Below are positions 1-12,380 of a DNA stretch of 64,000 bases, piece by piece (the first letter of the stretch is position 1; each line of letters opens with the position of its first letter). Origin of the DNA: Hemiscyllium ocellatum (taxonomy: Eukaryota); assembly GCF_020745735.1 (NCBI RefSeq), contig NC_083404.1:46871731-46935730 (forward strand), in the 5' to 3' direction. The position numbers and the translations under genes are program-made. The notes under the pieces are model-generated. The model was not told the DNA's origin. It ran no database searches and worked only from the letters and a program-made list of their open reading frames with translations.

Positions 1-350
1 CACCTCCTGGCAATCCTCCACGATATCGAGTGCAGCAGGAATAGGTTCTTCAGGCTATTCTGGAACTTGGACAGCTTTACCTGTCTCTTTCTTGCCCTCC
101 AAACAACTTTGAGGATAAAAATAACCTCTTGATATTCCCCTTGACTGTTTCCCACCAGTCCACTGGAGACTCAATGAGGGTCTTCATGGTTCTCCAATCT
201 GTGTAATCCTTTTTGAGCTCCTCAATGTTTTCTGGGATTAGCATTTTCATGTTCAGCTTCCGCATTCCCTTCCATTGGTAGATGACAGTTGGCCAGCAGG
301 AGGCAATGGACAGAAAAGAACACCAGCTTGATGTCAGTGGGTCTGACTAG
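1..350 (-). mobile_element. Tx1/L1-clade LINE fragment (region just after the APE endonuclease), cut by window start
   Basis: ORF 77..265(-) RKLNMKML...DWWETVKGNIKRLF resembles the WKLN..LL...WE..K..I segment that follows the L1/Tx1 endonuclease. Confidence 0.65.
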
Positions 351-1327
351 GAGCATGAATAATTCCATTCCTCAGTGCATACTGTTTACTGCTCAACACA
401 AATATGGTCAACTGAACTTAATTTTCAGTCCTTCTGATAGTAGATGGTATTGCTGTTCCTTCAGAAAACCTGCATCCATTTTTAATTTTATGAAAGGAAG
501 AAGGAATTAAGTCAAATTCAAAAGGAAAACACACAAAATAAAAGATAAAAAGGACCAAACACAATGAAGAAAAGTATGACAGAGAAAATGCCTATCAAAA
601 TCAAAATGAAAAAAGATACATCGCTAACAAAGATGAGTGAGATACCCAACCAACAAATGACATAATCATCACTCACAGGGTCTTACAGCTAGAAGGAAGG
701 ACATTCAGCCTGTCATGCCAGTTCTAATTCTTTGAATAAGCTGTACAGTTTTACCTCTATAACATATTGTGAGCAATGCCACAGGAAAACTGTCAACAAA
801 TGTCTTGCCTAAAGTTTGAAGCACAATTTTCAGCAGAAAACCCTTTCTACTTCTACAACCAGTTTGATTTTGCTCTCCATTGAAGTTAGTGGACAGAAGG
901 TGCTGAAGAATCAAGAGTGGACTCACAACTTTCAAACATCTCAATAGTCAGAGACCTAACCATGAAGGCAAGGTTAGCAAGCATAATGTATCATTTCCAT
1001 ATTGTCCTCTAGCGCCTTTGTTGTTTATCAGGAGTCTGCTGAGTACCGAACATAGTGTATTGAAAATTGCATTGTACATTTTGTCCACCTGAGGCTTCCA
1101 TCACACATACACCAGTAGAGGGAGTTTTCTCAGAGCAATAATAAAAGATCCCTTTGTAATAGCTCATGGAGTTCTAGTTCTACGTGTCTCTGGTTGAAGA
1201 TATAACTATTTCTGTTTCAAGAATTTTGTAGCTTGGCCTCAGATCTTCACAACCAATATTTTCAGAAGATTAAGTACCAAAAGTAATGAATGTATTGTCA
1301 CTGTATTCCAGTTTATTACAATTTACC

Positions 1328-1666
1328 AGATCACAGAATCCCGACAGTTTGGAAAAAGGCTCTTTGGCCCAACAAATATACACCGACCCTCTGAAGAGTA
1401 ACCCATCCAGACCTACTATCCTATATTTACCCCTAACTAATGCACCTAAGCTACACATCTTTGAACACTATGGGCAATTTAGCATTGCCAATTCACCTAA
1501 TCTGCACATCTTTGGATTGTGGGAGGAAACTGGAGCACCCCGAGGAAACCCATGCAGACCCGCGAAGAGTGTGCAAACTCCACACAGACAGTTGCCCTAG
1601 ACTAGAATCTAACCTAGGACCCCAATGCTGTGAAGCAACAGTGCTAACCACTGAACCACCATGCTG
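1328..1666 (-). mobile_element. HE1/V-SINE-like tRNA-derived SINE, near full length
   Basis: Minus strand has a tRNA-like head (GGTTCAGTGGTTAGCACTG), core TGTCTGTGTGGAGTTTGCAC...GGGTTTCCTC and a CR1-like tail; homologous to copies at 13125, 53056, 57854 and 63866. Confidence 0.9.
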
Positions 1667-2039
1667 ATGAAGCAAAGCCAAACTTCAGATCCACACCCTG
1701 ACCTGTAACCTAATATAGCACTGATTTCAAGGGTTCTGATCAACTAATCCTTAAGTCAATGTGTTTTTTATCCTGTTATGTATGGCACAGGTTTTATTGC
1801 CCTGAAAAAGCTAACCATCATCTGAACATTATGAGCAATCCTGCAGCAGATTCAGCTGAGATATAGTAAACACATGGTATCTTAGCAGACATCAGACATC
1901 ACCCACCAAATGTCACATTTTGTTAATGATGTTAAACCTTCGATCAAAAAAAGTGGAAGAAACCCAAATATGTGTTCTCCTCTGGAGTTACACTTGGCAA
2001 AGTACTTTATCATTTGAAACATTCCCTACCCAAATAACT

Positions 2040-2345
2040 GAAAGAGTGCTATTTTGTCAGAAGTGGCACTTTTCCAGTGATATTTTAAAACTTGGTCTTT
2101 TCTATTTTCTTAGATGCATGTCATTCTTTGAAGAACAGAATTTACCCTGGTGCCCTGGAAAAGTTTATTTCCTCAACCGACTACTAAAACATGATCTTCT
2201 GTACTAATGGAGCTTGTTGTGGGCAAATTAGTTACCAAACTTGGTGCATTGCACTAACTATACATCAGGAAGCACTCTATTGGCAGAAAACCACTCTGGG
2301 ATGTTCTGAGATTGCAAAAGGTACTATAGTAATGTAAGTCATTAT
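2040..2345 (+). mobile_element. Old Deu-domain-like SINE relic
   Basis: Similar to 4452-4690 and 48850-49290 (GGAGCTTGTTGTGGGCAAATT...ATTGGC...CTGAG...AAAGGTACTATA). Confidence 0.5.
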
Positions 2346-3434
2346 TTTGCTTTTATTGTTATTGATTTGGAATAAAAACTAGTTGTATCATTTCATTTGG
2401 AAAGCTGGACAAATAACATTCCATCTATTATTTCCATTATATGATTGCCATCATGCATTATTGCAAAGATCAAACAGTGAGTATGTGGCCATATCACATC
2501 CCTGAGGCTTTTTATAGCTAAAATAAACACAATATGAATGAGGAAGGGACTTTCTCATAAGGAAGGTTAGATTGACAACTGAAGGACAAGTCACACCAAT
2601 GGCACTGTCACATAACTCCTAGAAACCTCAAAACGTGGCATTGTCAGTGGTCTGTCTGCCCCACTTTCAGCTGTGATACATGCCAAGGACAGTGCTGTGA
2701 GAGGGGAGATGAAAGAAAAGTACAAATTAACTTGGAAATGAAAAAGAAATACACAAAGGTTGAGTATAACAGAGGCTCACAAACTCTCGTATCATGCCAT
2801 CGACTTGGAACTGGTGCAGTATTATTTAGCAAACATCAATTGATTTAAGGACATTAGTATTAAAGTAAATCTTTGGGATTTTGTTTTGTTGGAACAGCCC
2901 TCTCTGGGAGAAGAACACTTTAGAAACTGTGTAAGCCTATCATGCAGTGAACGTTAAACAGATGGAGGGATAAAAATGTCAAGTGTGGGAACACAACGAG
3001 AAATATTGCTATTTTCTGTGAGCTGCTTTCTTTGCAGGAAACTGTTTGTTCAGTTGCCATGGTGCAGCCAACAAGATTTTATAATTTTCTTCTGCTTGCC
3101 TTGTGCTACTCCAACGACATGAATTTAATCTGACCAAACAGGTAGGTTGTGTCAGCCATCCAAATGAGAGCCCGGAGAGATGGGGGATGAAAAATACTTT
3201 GGTAAAACTTAGGAGATACTCTGAAAGCTGCCACATAATGCTTTGGGGATTCTCTTGTTTTATAAATATATGCGTATGTTTTTCTAAATCTCTGATCTGA
3301 ATAGTGACCCTTGCAATTCTATAGAACTATGGAGTGAACCACATCATAATTAATTATATGTGTGAGCATTGAGTGAAAAAGGGCTGCTCAATTGTCTTAG
3401 CTCAATCTGGTACTCACCATGTATCTGCTATAAT

Positions 3435-4690
3435 TGGTGGTTGTGGTTCAGTATTCAGCATTTTGTAGCTGCTCCAGACGGTCATAGGTTCAAATCCCAC
3501 TATATGGACTTATTTTTAATTGCACACTGAGAGACAGAGTGCATTACAGGCGGATTGCTGAACCATTGAAGGTGCTGTCTTTTGGATGAGACATTAAACT
3601 GTCTTCCCTAAAAATCAATGTCAAAGGTCCCAAAGGGGAACTAGAGTCGAGTTCCTCCTTAAGCAAGGTAGACAATTCCGACCAGACTGTTATGAATGAA
3701 TTTGCCAGGTGTTCCATTGTACCGAAGTGGTCAGTACAAACACAAACTGATACCAATACAGAACAATCCCAATTTTATTCAGAACAAAGTTACAATTACA
3801 TTTAATACTAAACATACATCTCTAATCCTATTTGGCCCCATAAAGTTACAATATTTCCCCGAGTCTCTTGTAGATTTATGTGGTCACACTCTCTCTGGTT
3901 TTGTCACTAGTTCTGCAAAGCTGTTTTCTTCCGCTCTCTCTCTCTCTCTCTCTATTTCAGTCTCTGGATGGTCAGCTGCCCCCTGCCTCTTGCCATGCTG
4001 GTCTCCTCGGAAGATCTCAGACAATTCAAGAGTGTTCAAGAAATTCAAGACAGAGCTCTGCAGGTGAACCCTGTTTTTATACCTTTTAGATGGTTTTCTG
4101 GAACTTCCTATAGCTCTGGTCAATCTGGGAGATACACTTAATAGTTTGAAACACTGTCAATCATTCGGATGGCATGTTACTTTTTAGCTTCTTCGTGTAG
4201 CAGGACCCAATGCCTTTCTGACTGGGCTCTCCGCTGTTCAGTGGATACATTGTTTGAAGTGTGTCTGTCCAGGATACCTGTGGAATTTTACATTATGCTA
4301 ATATCATTAGCACTGGCTGCTGTGTTTATACTGTGTCTGGTGTGTGAGTTTTGTGATTTCAGGCTTTTACTTGGCCAAAGCACCCAGCATTCCTTGCTGT
4401 TTGGCCAAGTTAGCAATCCTTCTGTGTTTTCACAGCCAACAGGCTGTTACAGGACTAATTTGAGGAAAAGCTAAGGAATTGTCCCTTGTGTCACAACTAA
4501 TGTTTATCCCTCACTCAACACTAGAAACAGATTATCAGATCATTATTGCATTATTGCTCATGGGACCTTGCTGCACACAAATTAGCTGCCATGTTTCCTA
4601 CAAAACAAGAAGTTCAAAGGTACTTTATTGGTTGTAGAGCACTTTGTAACATCCTAAGACTGTGAAAAGTACCATCGAAATGCAAGTTTA
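3435..4690 (+). mobile_element. Deu-domain-like tRNA SINE split by an ~800-bp insertion (SINE parts ~3435-3631 and ~4452-4690)
   Basis: B-box GGTTCAAATCCC, core GGTGCTGTCTTTTGGATGAGACATTAAAC, resumes after 4451 with ...ACAGATTATC...CAAATTAGCTGCC...AAATGCAAGT. Confidence 0.65.
3688..4451 (-). mobile_element. Putative solo LTR
   Basis: TGT...ACA termini with near-TSD AGAC/GGAC; on minus strand TATAAAA (~4075-4081) lies upstream of AATAAA (~3774-3779); interrupts a SINE; left boundary uncertain (could be ~3632). Confidence 0.45.
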
Positions 4691-5809
4691 TTTTGATTGG
4701 GTATTGCTGGCAAAAGTTATTAAATCAGGATATGGAAACTCTTAGCAATTATTCCACTCACAAGCCCACATATAGGGCATCTACTTGCATCACCTCAAAT
4801 GCCAACCCAGCTATTATCAGCAAAATCAACAAGAACTAACAGTCAAATATCAGACCTTTCTTTTTTCACGGATTAGTACCACAATACACCATGAGATTCC
4901 CATTAAACCACTGGGGCAGCAAGTCCATAACTGATTGATGGCTGAATAATTGCTTTTAAATTAGAGGTATCCTTTTTATGGTGTAGTAACCCCGACCACA
5001 AATATGTTGATGACATGATGTGACCTGTGAAACAAGAGAAAACTTCTCTTTCAAAAAAGAATTCTTTGAGTAACTTTCTGTTCAATGTACCATGTCAATA
5101 CTCTTTGGAGACAAGGTTTTTTTTCAAACAAATGTTTATACTTCTTTAGGTTGCCCCCTATCACTCAACCATTGCACCTTCCCATTCTAAATCACTCTGC
5201 CCCTTGATTCTGGCATGCTACACTTAAGTTGATATCTCATGGATCCAAAGGAACACTATATCTTCCTTTTACCACTCAGCGTGGCCCTCCCATTTGTCCT
5301 GATTGCCTACCCCAAGTGCCATTCAGGGAGTGGATGGAGAAGTGTCAGCATATATCTCAGCTGCAAGATTCCACATTCACAAAAATGCTCTTTCTTTTTT
5401 AGCCGTGATATACGACATCAATGTGAAAAGCTTGTCATGTGTTTCTGTACAAGATACTTCATATTTAATCATTTACTCTAATTTTGCCAAGGCCAGTATC
5501 CAAGTATCACTCAAATAACGATTTGCAAAAGTAAATTACTAATTAAAGTGATCAACTACCAGAACAATAATGCTGTTCATTAACATGCTGTTTGGCAAGC
5601 CTGGTTCTATCTAGACATGAGGTACAATGCCAAATTGGCTTGTGAGGTTAATGGACACATTTTGAGCTCATTTTCTTGATTAGATACTTATGTTTTGTTC
5701 TCATTTGAAACTTTACCTGTGTTTACTTGACATACAGAAGCGCTTTCTTTGATTTTTAAAATGGCTCGTAAAAATAACAGTCTTGTCTCAAATTCATGGT
5801 TTCACTGCC

Positions 5810-6120
5810 CAGCTTCTATAATCTTCTTCAGCCCACAACTCTTTGCACTTCCCTGATTCTGGCCTCTTGAACATCGCCAATATGAATTATCAGTGGCTGC
5901 AACTACAATCGCTGAGAACCTAAACTCTGAAATATTCTCCCAAGTCTCTCCACTTCTGACCCACGTTACTCCTTTTAAGACTCCTTTTAAAAACCTACTT
6001 TTTTGGCCAAGCTTTTGATCATCTGAATATCTTTTTTGGCCAAGCTTTTGATCATCTTTTGAATATCTGCTTGTATTGTTCGACCTTATATTTAATTTGC
6101 TAATGTGCCCATGAAGTGCC
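5810..6120 (+). mobile_element. L2-like LINE 3' end relic with internal ~24-bp duplication
   Basis: CTCCTTTTAAGACTCCTTTTAAAAACCTAC...CCAAGCTTTTG typical of L2 3' ends; TTTTGGCCAAGCTTTTGATCATCT repeated at 6001 and 6034. Confidence 0.55.
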
Positions 6121-7132
6121 CACCTTCGAACATTGATTATTTTAAAGCCTCAAACGAAGTTGCTCTTGTGATAGCTGCAAAACACGTTTGGGCATCCTGA
6201 CACCATGAAAAGAGGCTGTAAAAATGAAAGTTCTTTCCTACCTAACTTGCAAAGAAAATAATTAATACAGCCAAGTATCCACATTTTTTTTTAAAAACTG
6301 TCTAAAACCAAAGAAAGATTTAGTTTAGCCTCAAAACAGAATGTTCAGTCAATACAATAGTTCTACCTGATCATCTATAACCCAATTTTTGTTACATTAA
6401 TAATAAATTCTGAACCATTTTACCATGCACGTGCCTGAACAGTCTGAGAAAGAAAGAAGCTCCGAGCTGAGTTTTATGCATAACTAGTTCCTAGTCTATG
6501 GCTGTTAAAAGTAATAAAAAAAGTTTTCCATTAACATCTAAACAGTCTGGAAACACAGGAAAAAAGGTTGATAAATATACATAACTCCTTAACAATGGAG
6601 CGCTTGTGCTGCTCAGTGAAACCTCTAAATTGGAAGTTATATTTCCAGGATTATTTCTTTATTCAGTTGCAAATTTTTTTTAATACTTTGGTTCTCAGAA
6701 TGGTATGAATAATGGTATTACTTGAATGCAATGGACACCTGGTGCAGTACGAAGGGAATTGGGAACTCCAGATTGACCCAGTAAGACTTGCCAAATTCAC
6801 ATTTTCCCAGCCTTTCCCTGTATGCTCCATTCAGAATCTAATTTCAATCTCCTTCAGCAAAAAAAAAGCTAGACACTTGTAACTTTATTCTGGATCTGGG
6901 AAAAAAGAAACACATTCTCTCGAAAAAGCGTGGAAAAGACAGGAGGCAAAAAAAAATTAATCTTTGCAATCTCTTAGTGAAGCAGTAATTTGAAAGCAGG
7001 TTTATATTTCATTTGGGGTTGGGGAAGCACCTTCCAATTAAATACTGTAAAAAGATAAAATAACAGTGGCTTTTCTGCTGCCCAATAGCAGTATTGAAGC
7101 CCTTCTTTGTTGATTTATTGTACATTAGCCAG

Positions 7133-7276
7133 TGAGCCATGCAAAGAACATTACGTTTCGGAAAGGACTATTCGTATGCAACCTGCATCCACTCTAAAGA
7201 CAATCAAGCCTGTATTGCATTTTGCAAATTTATACCAGGATGTTGGTTTAGAGTGTTTCCCTGAAAAGTTTTTCAA
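7133..7276 (+). other. Candidate 144-nt symmetric (phase 2-2) cassette exon or conserved element of an unidentified host gene
   Basis: Unique sequence; T-rich tract + CCAG acceptor (7131-7132); CAA|GTAAGT donor (7277); open frame EPCKEHYVSERTIRMQPASTLKTIKPVLHFANLYQDVGLECFPEKFF. Confidence 0.35.
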
Positions 7277-7729
7277 GTAAGTGTCTACTTTCATGGGCAA
7301 GAGTGATCGAGGCAATACAAACAAACCTTTGTTTAACAGCTCACAGATGTATGGCTAGAGCTGCCCTTTTGTTTTCTACACTAGGAAGTATTCTCAGATT
7401 TTGTGTTGTGAACACAACACCGGATTGTAGAGAAGAAGAAAAAAAGTTTAGAATAGTTGCGTTGTATAATCTTAAGCTTTTTCAGCTTTTTTTTTCCCAA
7501 GGTTACTTTTTCAGACTCTCTTCACTCTGCTTTCCCTCTCTTCATGCCCCATCTCCCCTGCACCCCACCCCACCCACCCCCCTCGCCCTCTCCAAGCACT
7601 TCCAGCTTAATATTTTTCTTGCAGCCAAGAATCACTTCTTAAAATTTTGACTCTTTTGACAGTCTATAGATTCTTCTGGTTTTAACCCTGACTCCCTGAA
7701 GCCTGTCCATATTCTAAAAGGCACCAGTC

Positions 7730-8170
7730 AGGGGTATGACGGAATTTTCTGCACTTGCCGAGCAGAGTTTGGCTCCAACTATACTCGGAAGCTCAATACC
7801 GTCCAGGACAAAGCAACTTGCCTGATTAGCATCCCATCCATCACCTTCAGCATTCAATCTCTCCACCACCAGTGGTCGCACAACGTCTGTAACTACTTGC
7901 CAAGGCTTTTTTGACGGCACCATACAAACCCACAATCTCTACAACCTAAAAAGAAAGAGCAGCAGGCACATGCAAACACCACAAACTTTAGGTTTTCTTT
8001 TTCTCCAAGACATATACTATCCCAATTTGGAGACGTATCACTACTCTCGCTGAAAGCTGAATCCAAATCTAGCTGCACTACATAGAGTGCCCCAGTTCAG
8101 AAAGGTGACCCACCAACACGGTCTCCAGGGCAATTAGGGATGGACAAATATTGTTGGCTTCACCAGTGAC
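7730..8170 (+). mobile_element. Old CR1/L2-group LINE 3' relic
   Basis: Degenerate KLNTVQDKATCLI coding remnant; tail GGGCAATTAGGGATGGACAAATA also seen at ~62758-62788 and ~61804-61830. Confidence 0.55.
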
Positions 8171-8171
8171 A

Positions 8172-8172
<1 letters not shown>

Positions 8173-8232
<60 letters not shown>
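8173..8232. repeat. (AC)30 microsatellite
   Basis: Direct read. Confidence 0.98.
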
Positions 8233-8234
<2 letters not shown>

Positions 8235-8516
8235 ATCTTGTAAATACATGCAGGTGCTGAAATTGTGCTGTTATATCAGAAGAGTAATACTCAAAACCTA
8301 ACTCCTACATGGGAAAATAAATAAATCAAGGTAATCAGCCCCCACCCCTATCGCCGGCAACCCCATTCTGTCCAAATTAAAAATAAACAAAATACAACTC
8401 ACCATTTTAATTCAATCTCACAAAGCATATCTTTCTCTTGTCCTCAAAAGTGTGGGTGGAAATAGCATTTCTTTGCTCTAATGCTATCAAAGTGGGAATG
8501 GAACCATGAACAGTCA

Positions 8517-9610
8517 ACAAGTCATACAGCATCGAAGCAGACCCTTCAGTCCAGCTCGCCCATGCTAAGCAGATATCCGAAATTAATCTAGTCCCATTTG
8601 CCAGCACTTGGCCCATATCTCTCTGAACTCTTCTGAGTCATATGCTCATCCAGATGCCTTTTAAATGTTGCAATTGTACCAGCCTCCACCATTTCCTCTG
8701 GCAGCTCATTCCATACATACACCATCCTCTGCATGAAAAAGTTGCCCCTTAGGTCCCTTTTAAATCTTTCCCCTTTCACCCTAAACCTATGCCTTCTAGT
8801 TCTAGACTCCCACGCCTCAGGGAAAAGTCTATTTATCCTATCTATGCTGCTCATGATTTTGTAAACCTCTATAAGGTCACCCCTCAGCCCCCAACGCTCC
8901 AGAGATAACAGCCCCAACCTGTTCAGCATGTCTGTAAAGTACAAACCCTCCAACCATGGCAATATCCTCGTAAATCTTTTCTAAACCCTTTTTAGTTTTG
9001 CAACATTCTTCCTATAGGAGGGAGAACAGAATTGCCCACAATATTCCAAAAGTGCCTCAACAAATGTCCTGTACAGCTGCAACATAACCTCCCAACTCCT
9101 ATACTTGATGCTCTGACCAGTAAATGAAAGCATACTAAATTCCTTCTTTACTATCCTATCTATGTAAGACTTCATTTTCAAAGAATATGAACCTGCACTC
9201 CAAGTTCTCTTTGTTCAGCAATACTCCCCAGGACCCTAGCATTAAGTGTATAAGTCCTGCCCTGATTTACCTTTCCAAAATGCAGCACCTCACATTTATC
9301 GAAACTAAACTCCATCTGCCACACCTTGGCCCATTGGCCCATTGGCCCATCTGATCAAGATCCCATTGTACTCTGAGGTAACCTTCTTTGCTGTCCACTA
9401 CACCTCCAGTTTTGGTGTCATCTGCAAACTTATTAACAATACTTTTTATGTTCACATCCAAATCATTAGTATAAATGACGAAAAGCAGTGGACCCAGAAC
9501 CGAGCTTTGTGGCACACCATGGGTATCCAAACTGAAAAGCAACCCTTCACCACCATCTTCTGCCTCTTACCTTCAAACCAGGTCTATATTCAAATAGCTG
9601 TATTTCATGT
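8517..9610 (-). mobile_element. CR1 LINE 3' fragment (RT C-terminus + 3'UTR), degenerate
   Basis: ORFs 9267..9542, 8981..9181 and 8588..8962(-): PQSSVLGP, KFADDTK, LRGDLIEVYKIM. Confidence 0.93.
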
Positions 9611-9624
9611 GATCTAACCTTACT

Positions 9625-10330
9625 AACCATCCCAAACTAAACTAGTTCCACCTGCCTACTCCTGGCCCATATTCCTATAAATCTTTCCTATTCATTTATT
9701 ATCCAAATGTCTTTTAAACATTGTGACTAGGCCCACATTCACCACTGGGAGAAAGGGTGGTACATGTATGGAATGAGCTGCTAGAGGAAGTGGTGGAGGC
9801 TGGTAAAATTGCGACATTTAAAAGGCATTTGGATGGGTATATGAATAGGAAGGGTTTGGAGGGATTTGGGCCGGGTGCTGGCAGGTGGGACTAGATTGGG
9901 TTGGAATATCTGGTCAGCATGGATGGGTTGGACCAAAGGGTCTGCTTCCATGCTGTACATCTCTATGACTATGACTCTATGACTGCAGATGCTGGAGTTC
10001 AGAGTCGAGAGTGTGGTGCTGGAAAAACACAGCAGGTCAGACAGCATCCTGAGGCCTCATTCCTGGTGAAGGGCTCATAAAAAGATTTATGAAATGTTAA
10101 TTCTCCTTCTCTTCTGATGCTGCCTGATCTGCTGAGCATTTCCAGCACCACGCTCTTGATCCACATCCACTGCCTCCTCAGTTCATTTGACACATGAACC
10201 ATCTTCTGTATAAAACATTTGCCCCTCATGTCTTTTCTAAATCTCTCTCCTCTCACCTTAAAAACGTGCCCTCTAGTCTTGAAATCCCGCAATCGTCGGG
10301 AAAAGCCAACTACCATTGACCTTACATGAT
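9625..10330. mobile_element. Composite: minus-strand CR1 3' relic (9625-9745 + 10160-10330) interrupted by a plus-strand CR1 3' end (~9754-9983) and a PLE palindrome
   Basis: Host sequence resumes after 10160 (CCACAT repeated at both junctions); plus piece ends in CTCTATGACTATGACTCTATGA tail. Confidence 0.75.
9983..10160. mobile_element. Palindromic PLE-tail element with degenerate hammerhead at centre
   Basis: Arms GTGGTGCTGGAAAAACACAGCAGGTCAGACAGCATC / GATGCTGCCTGATCTGCTGAGCATTTCCAGCACCAC; centre ATTC-CTGGTGA-AGGGC...GAAATGTT; homologous to 17841-17930. Confidence 0.8.
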
Positions 10331-10924
10331 TTCTGAAGGCTTACGTTGCCAGCATCCAACAAGGGAGCGGTGAATCGTGACATTATGGCAAGATTGATTG
10401 ATCCTTTAGTTTTCTCAAACATCCAGCAACTTAATTAAATGAACAAGGCTGTAACAAAACAATCAAATAAAGAAATGCCAATTAAAAACTAGGGTAAATA
10501 TTGCGTTCAGTAAAAAGTTAATGACAGCTGGATGGTGAAATGTTTACCTGTCCAGCTGAGAACAGTGAGGATTCATCGCAGGGAGAAGAAAGGAGACCAG
10601 ATTTGTGGTAATAGTGCATCATGCATGGTAATGGAGTAGGCGTCTATGAAGAAAATCACAGCTTCCTCTAATTGATTGAATCAACAGGAGGTCCAAATAA
10701 AAAATACCCCTCATTTTCTAAGACCAAAGAGTGGTATGATAGAGGATTTTAAACTTCTAAAAGGGTTTGAGAGGGAAGACAGAGAAGATATTTCCATCTG
10801 TATAGGAAACCTAACCCATGGTATTAGTTGACAATAGTCTCTAACAAACTCTGGAGGGAGAAACCTCATCATCCGGAAGTGGAGTGAACGTGGACTCATG
10901 AAACTGCATATCATCAATGCATTT

Positions 10925-12380
10925 AGAGTCATAGAGTCATAGAGATGTACAGCATGGAAACAGACCCTTCGGTCCAACCTGTCCATGCCAACCAGATATC
11001 CCAACCCAATCTAGTCCCACCTGCCAGCACCCAACCCATATCCCTCCAAACCCTTCCTTTTCATATACCCATCCAAATGCCTCTTAAATGGTGCAATTGT
11101 ACCAGCCTCCACCACATCCTCTAGCAGTTCATTCCATACACATACCACCCTCTGTGTGAAAAAATTGCCCTTTAGGTTTCTTTTATATCTTTCCCCTCTC
11201 ACCCTAAACCTATGCCCTCTAGTTATGGACTCCCTGACCCCAGGGAAAAGACTTTGTCTATTTATCCTATCCATGCCCCTCATAACTTTGTAAACCTCTA
11301 CACGGTCACCCCTCAGCCTCCGACACTCCACGGAAAACAGCCCCAGCCTTTTAAGCCTCTTCCTATTACTCAAATCCTCCAACCCTGGCAACATCCTTGT
11401 AAATCTTTTCTGAACCCTTTCAAGTTTCACAACATCTTTGTGATAGGAAGGAGACCAGAATTGCATGCAATATTCCAACAGTGGCCTAACCAGCGTCCTG
11501 TACAGCCACAACATGACCTCCCAACTCCTGTACTCAATACACTGACCAATAAAGGAAAGCATACCAAACGCCTTCTTCACTATCCTATCTACCTACGACT
11601 CCATTTTCGAGGAGCTATGAACCTGCACTCCAAGGTCTCTTTGTTCAGCAACACTCCCTAGGACCTTACCATTAAGTCAGATGCTGCCTGAACTGCTGTG
11701 CTCTTCCAGCACCACTAATCCAGAATCCTTACCATTAAGTGGATAAGTCCTGCTAAGATTTGCTTTCCCAAAATGCAGCACCTCGCATTTATCCAAATTA
11801 AACTCCATCTGCCACTTCTCAGCCCATTGGCCCATCTGGTCCAGATCCTGTTGTAATCTGAGGTAACTCTCTTCGCTGTCCACTACACCTCCTATTTGGT
11901 GTCATCTGCAAACTTACTAACTGTACCTCATATGATCGCATCCAAATCATTTATATAAATGACAAAAAGTAGTGGACCCAGCACAGCTCCTTGTGGCACT
12001 CCACTGGTCACAGGCCTCCAGTTTGAAAAACAATTTTCCACCACCACCCTCTGTCTTCTACCTTTGAGCCAGTTCTGTATCCAAATGGCTAGTTCTCCCT
12101 TTATTCATGTTTGTGAGACATGATTTCCCACGCACAAAGTCATGTTGACTATCCCTAATCAGGCCTTGCCTTTCCAAATACATGTACAACCTATCCCTCA
12201 GGATTCCCTCCGACATCTTGCCCACCACTGAGGTCAGGCTCACCGGTCTATAGTTCCCTGGCTTGTCTTTACCATCCATCTTAAACAGTGGCACCACGTT
12301 ACCCAACCTCCAGTCTTCCAGCACCTCACCTATGACTATTGATGATACAAATATCTCAGCAAGAGGCCCGGCAATCACTT
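10925..12380 (-). mobile_element. CR1 LINE 3' ~1.4 kb (RT, with internal deletion)
   Basis: ORFs 12058..12378, 11677..11883 and 11011..11580(-): NYRPVSLTS, WQMEFNLDKC, RPLLEYC; (GACTCTAT) tail. Confidence 0.95.
11678..11726 (+). mobile_element. 49-bp PLE-tail insertion with perfect 14-bp TSD
   Basis: CCTTACCATTAAGT at 11664-11677 and 11727-11740; insert CAGATGCTGCCTGAACTGCTGTGCTCTTCCAGCACCAC matches the post-hammerhead tail at ~17890-17925. Confidence 0.9.
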
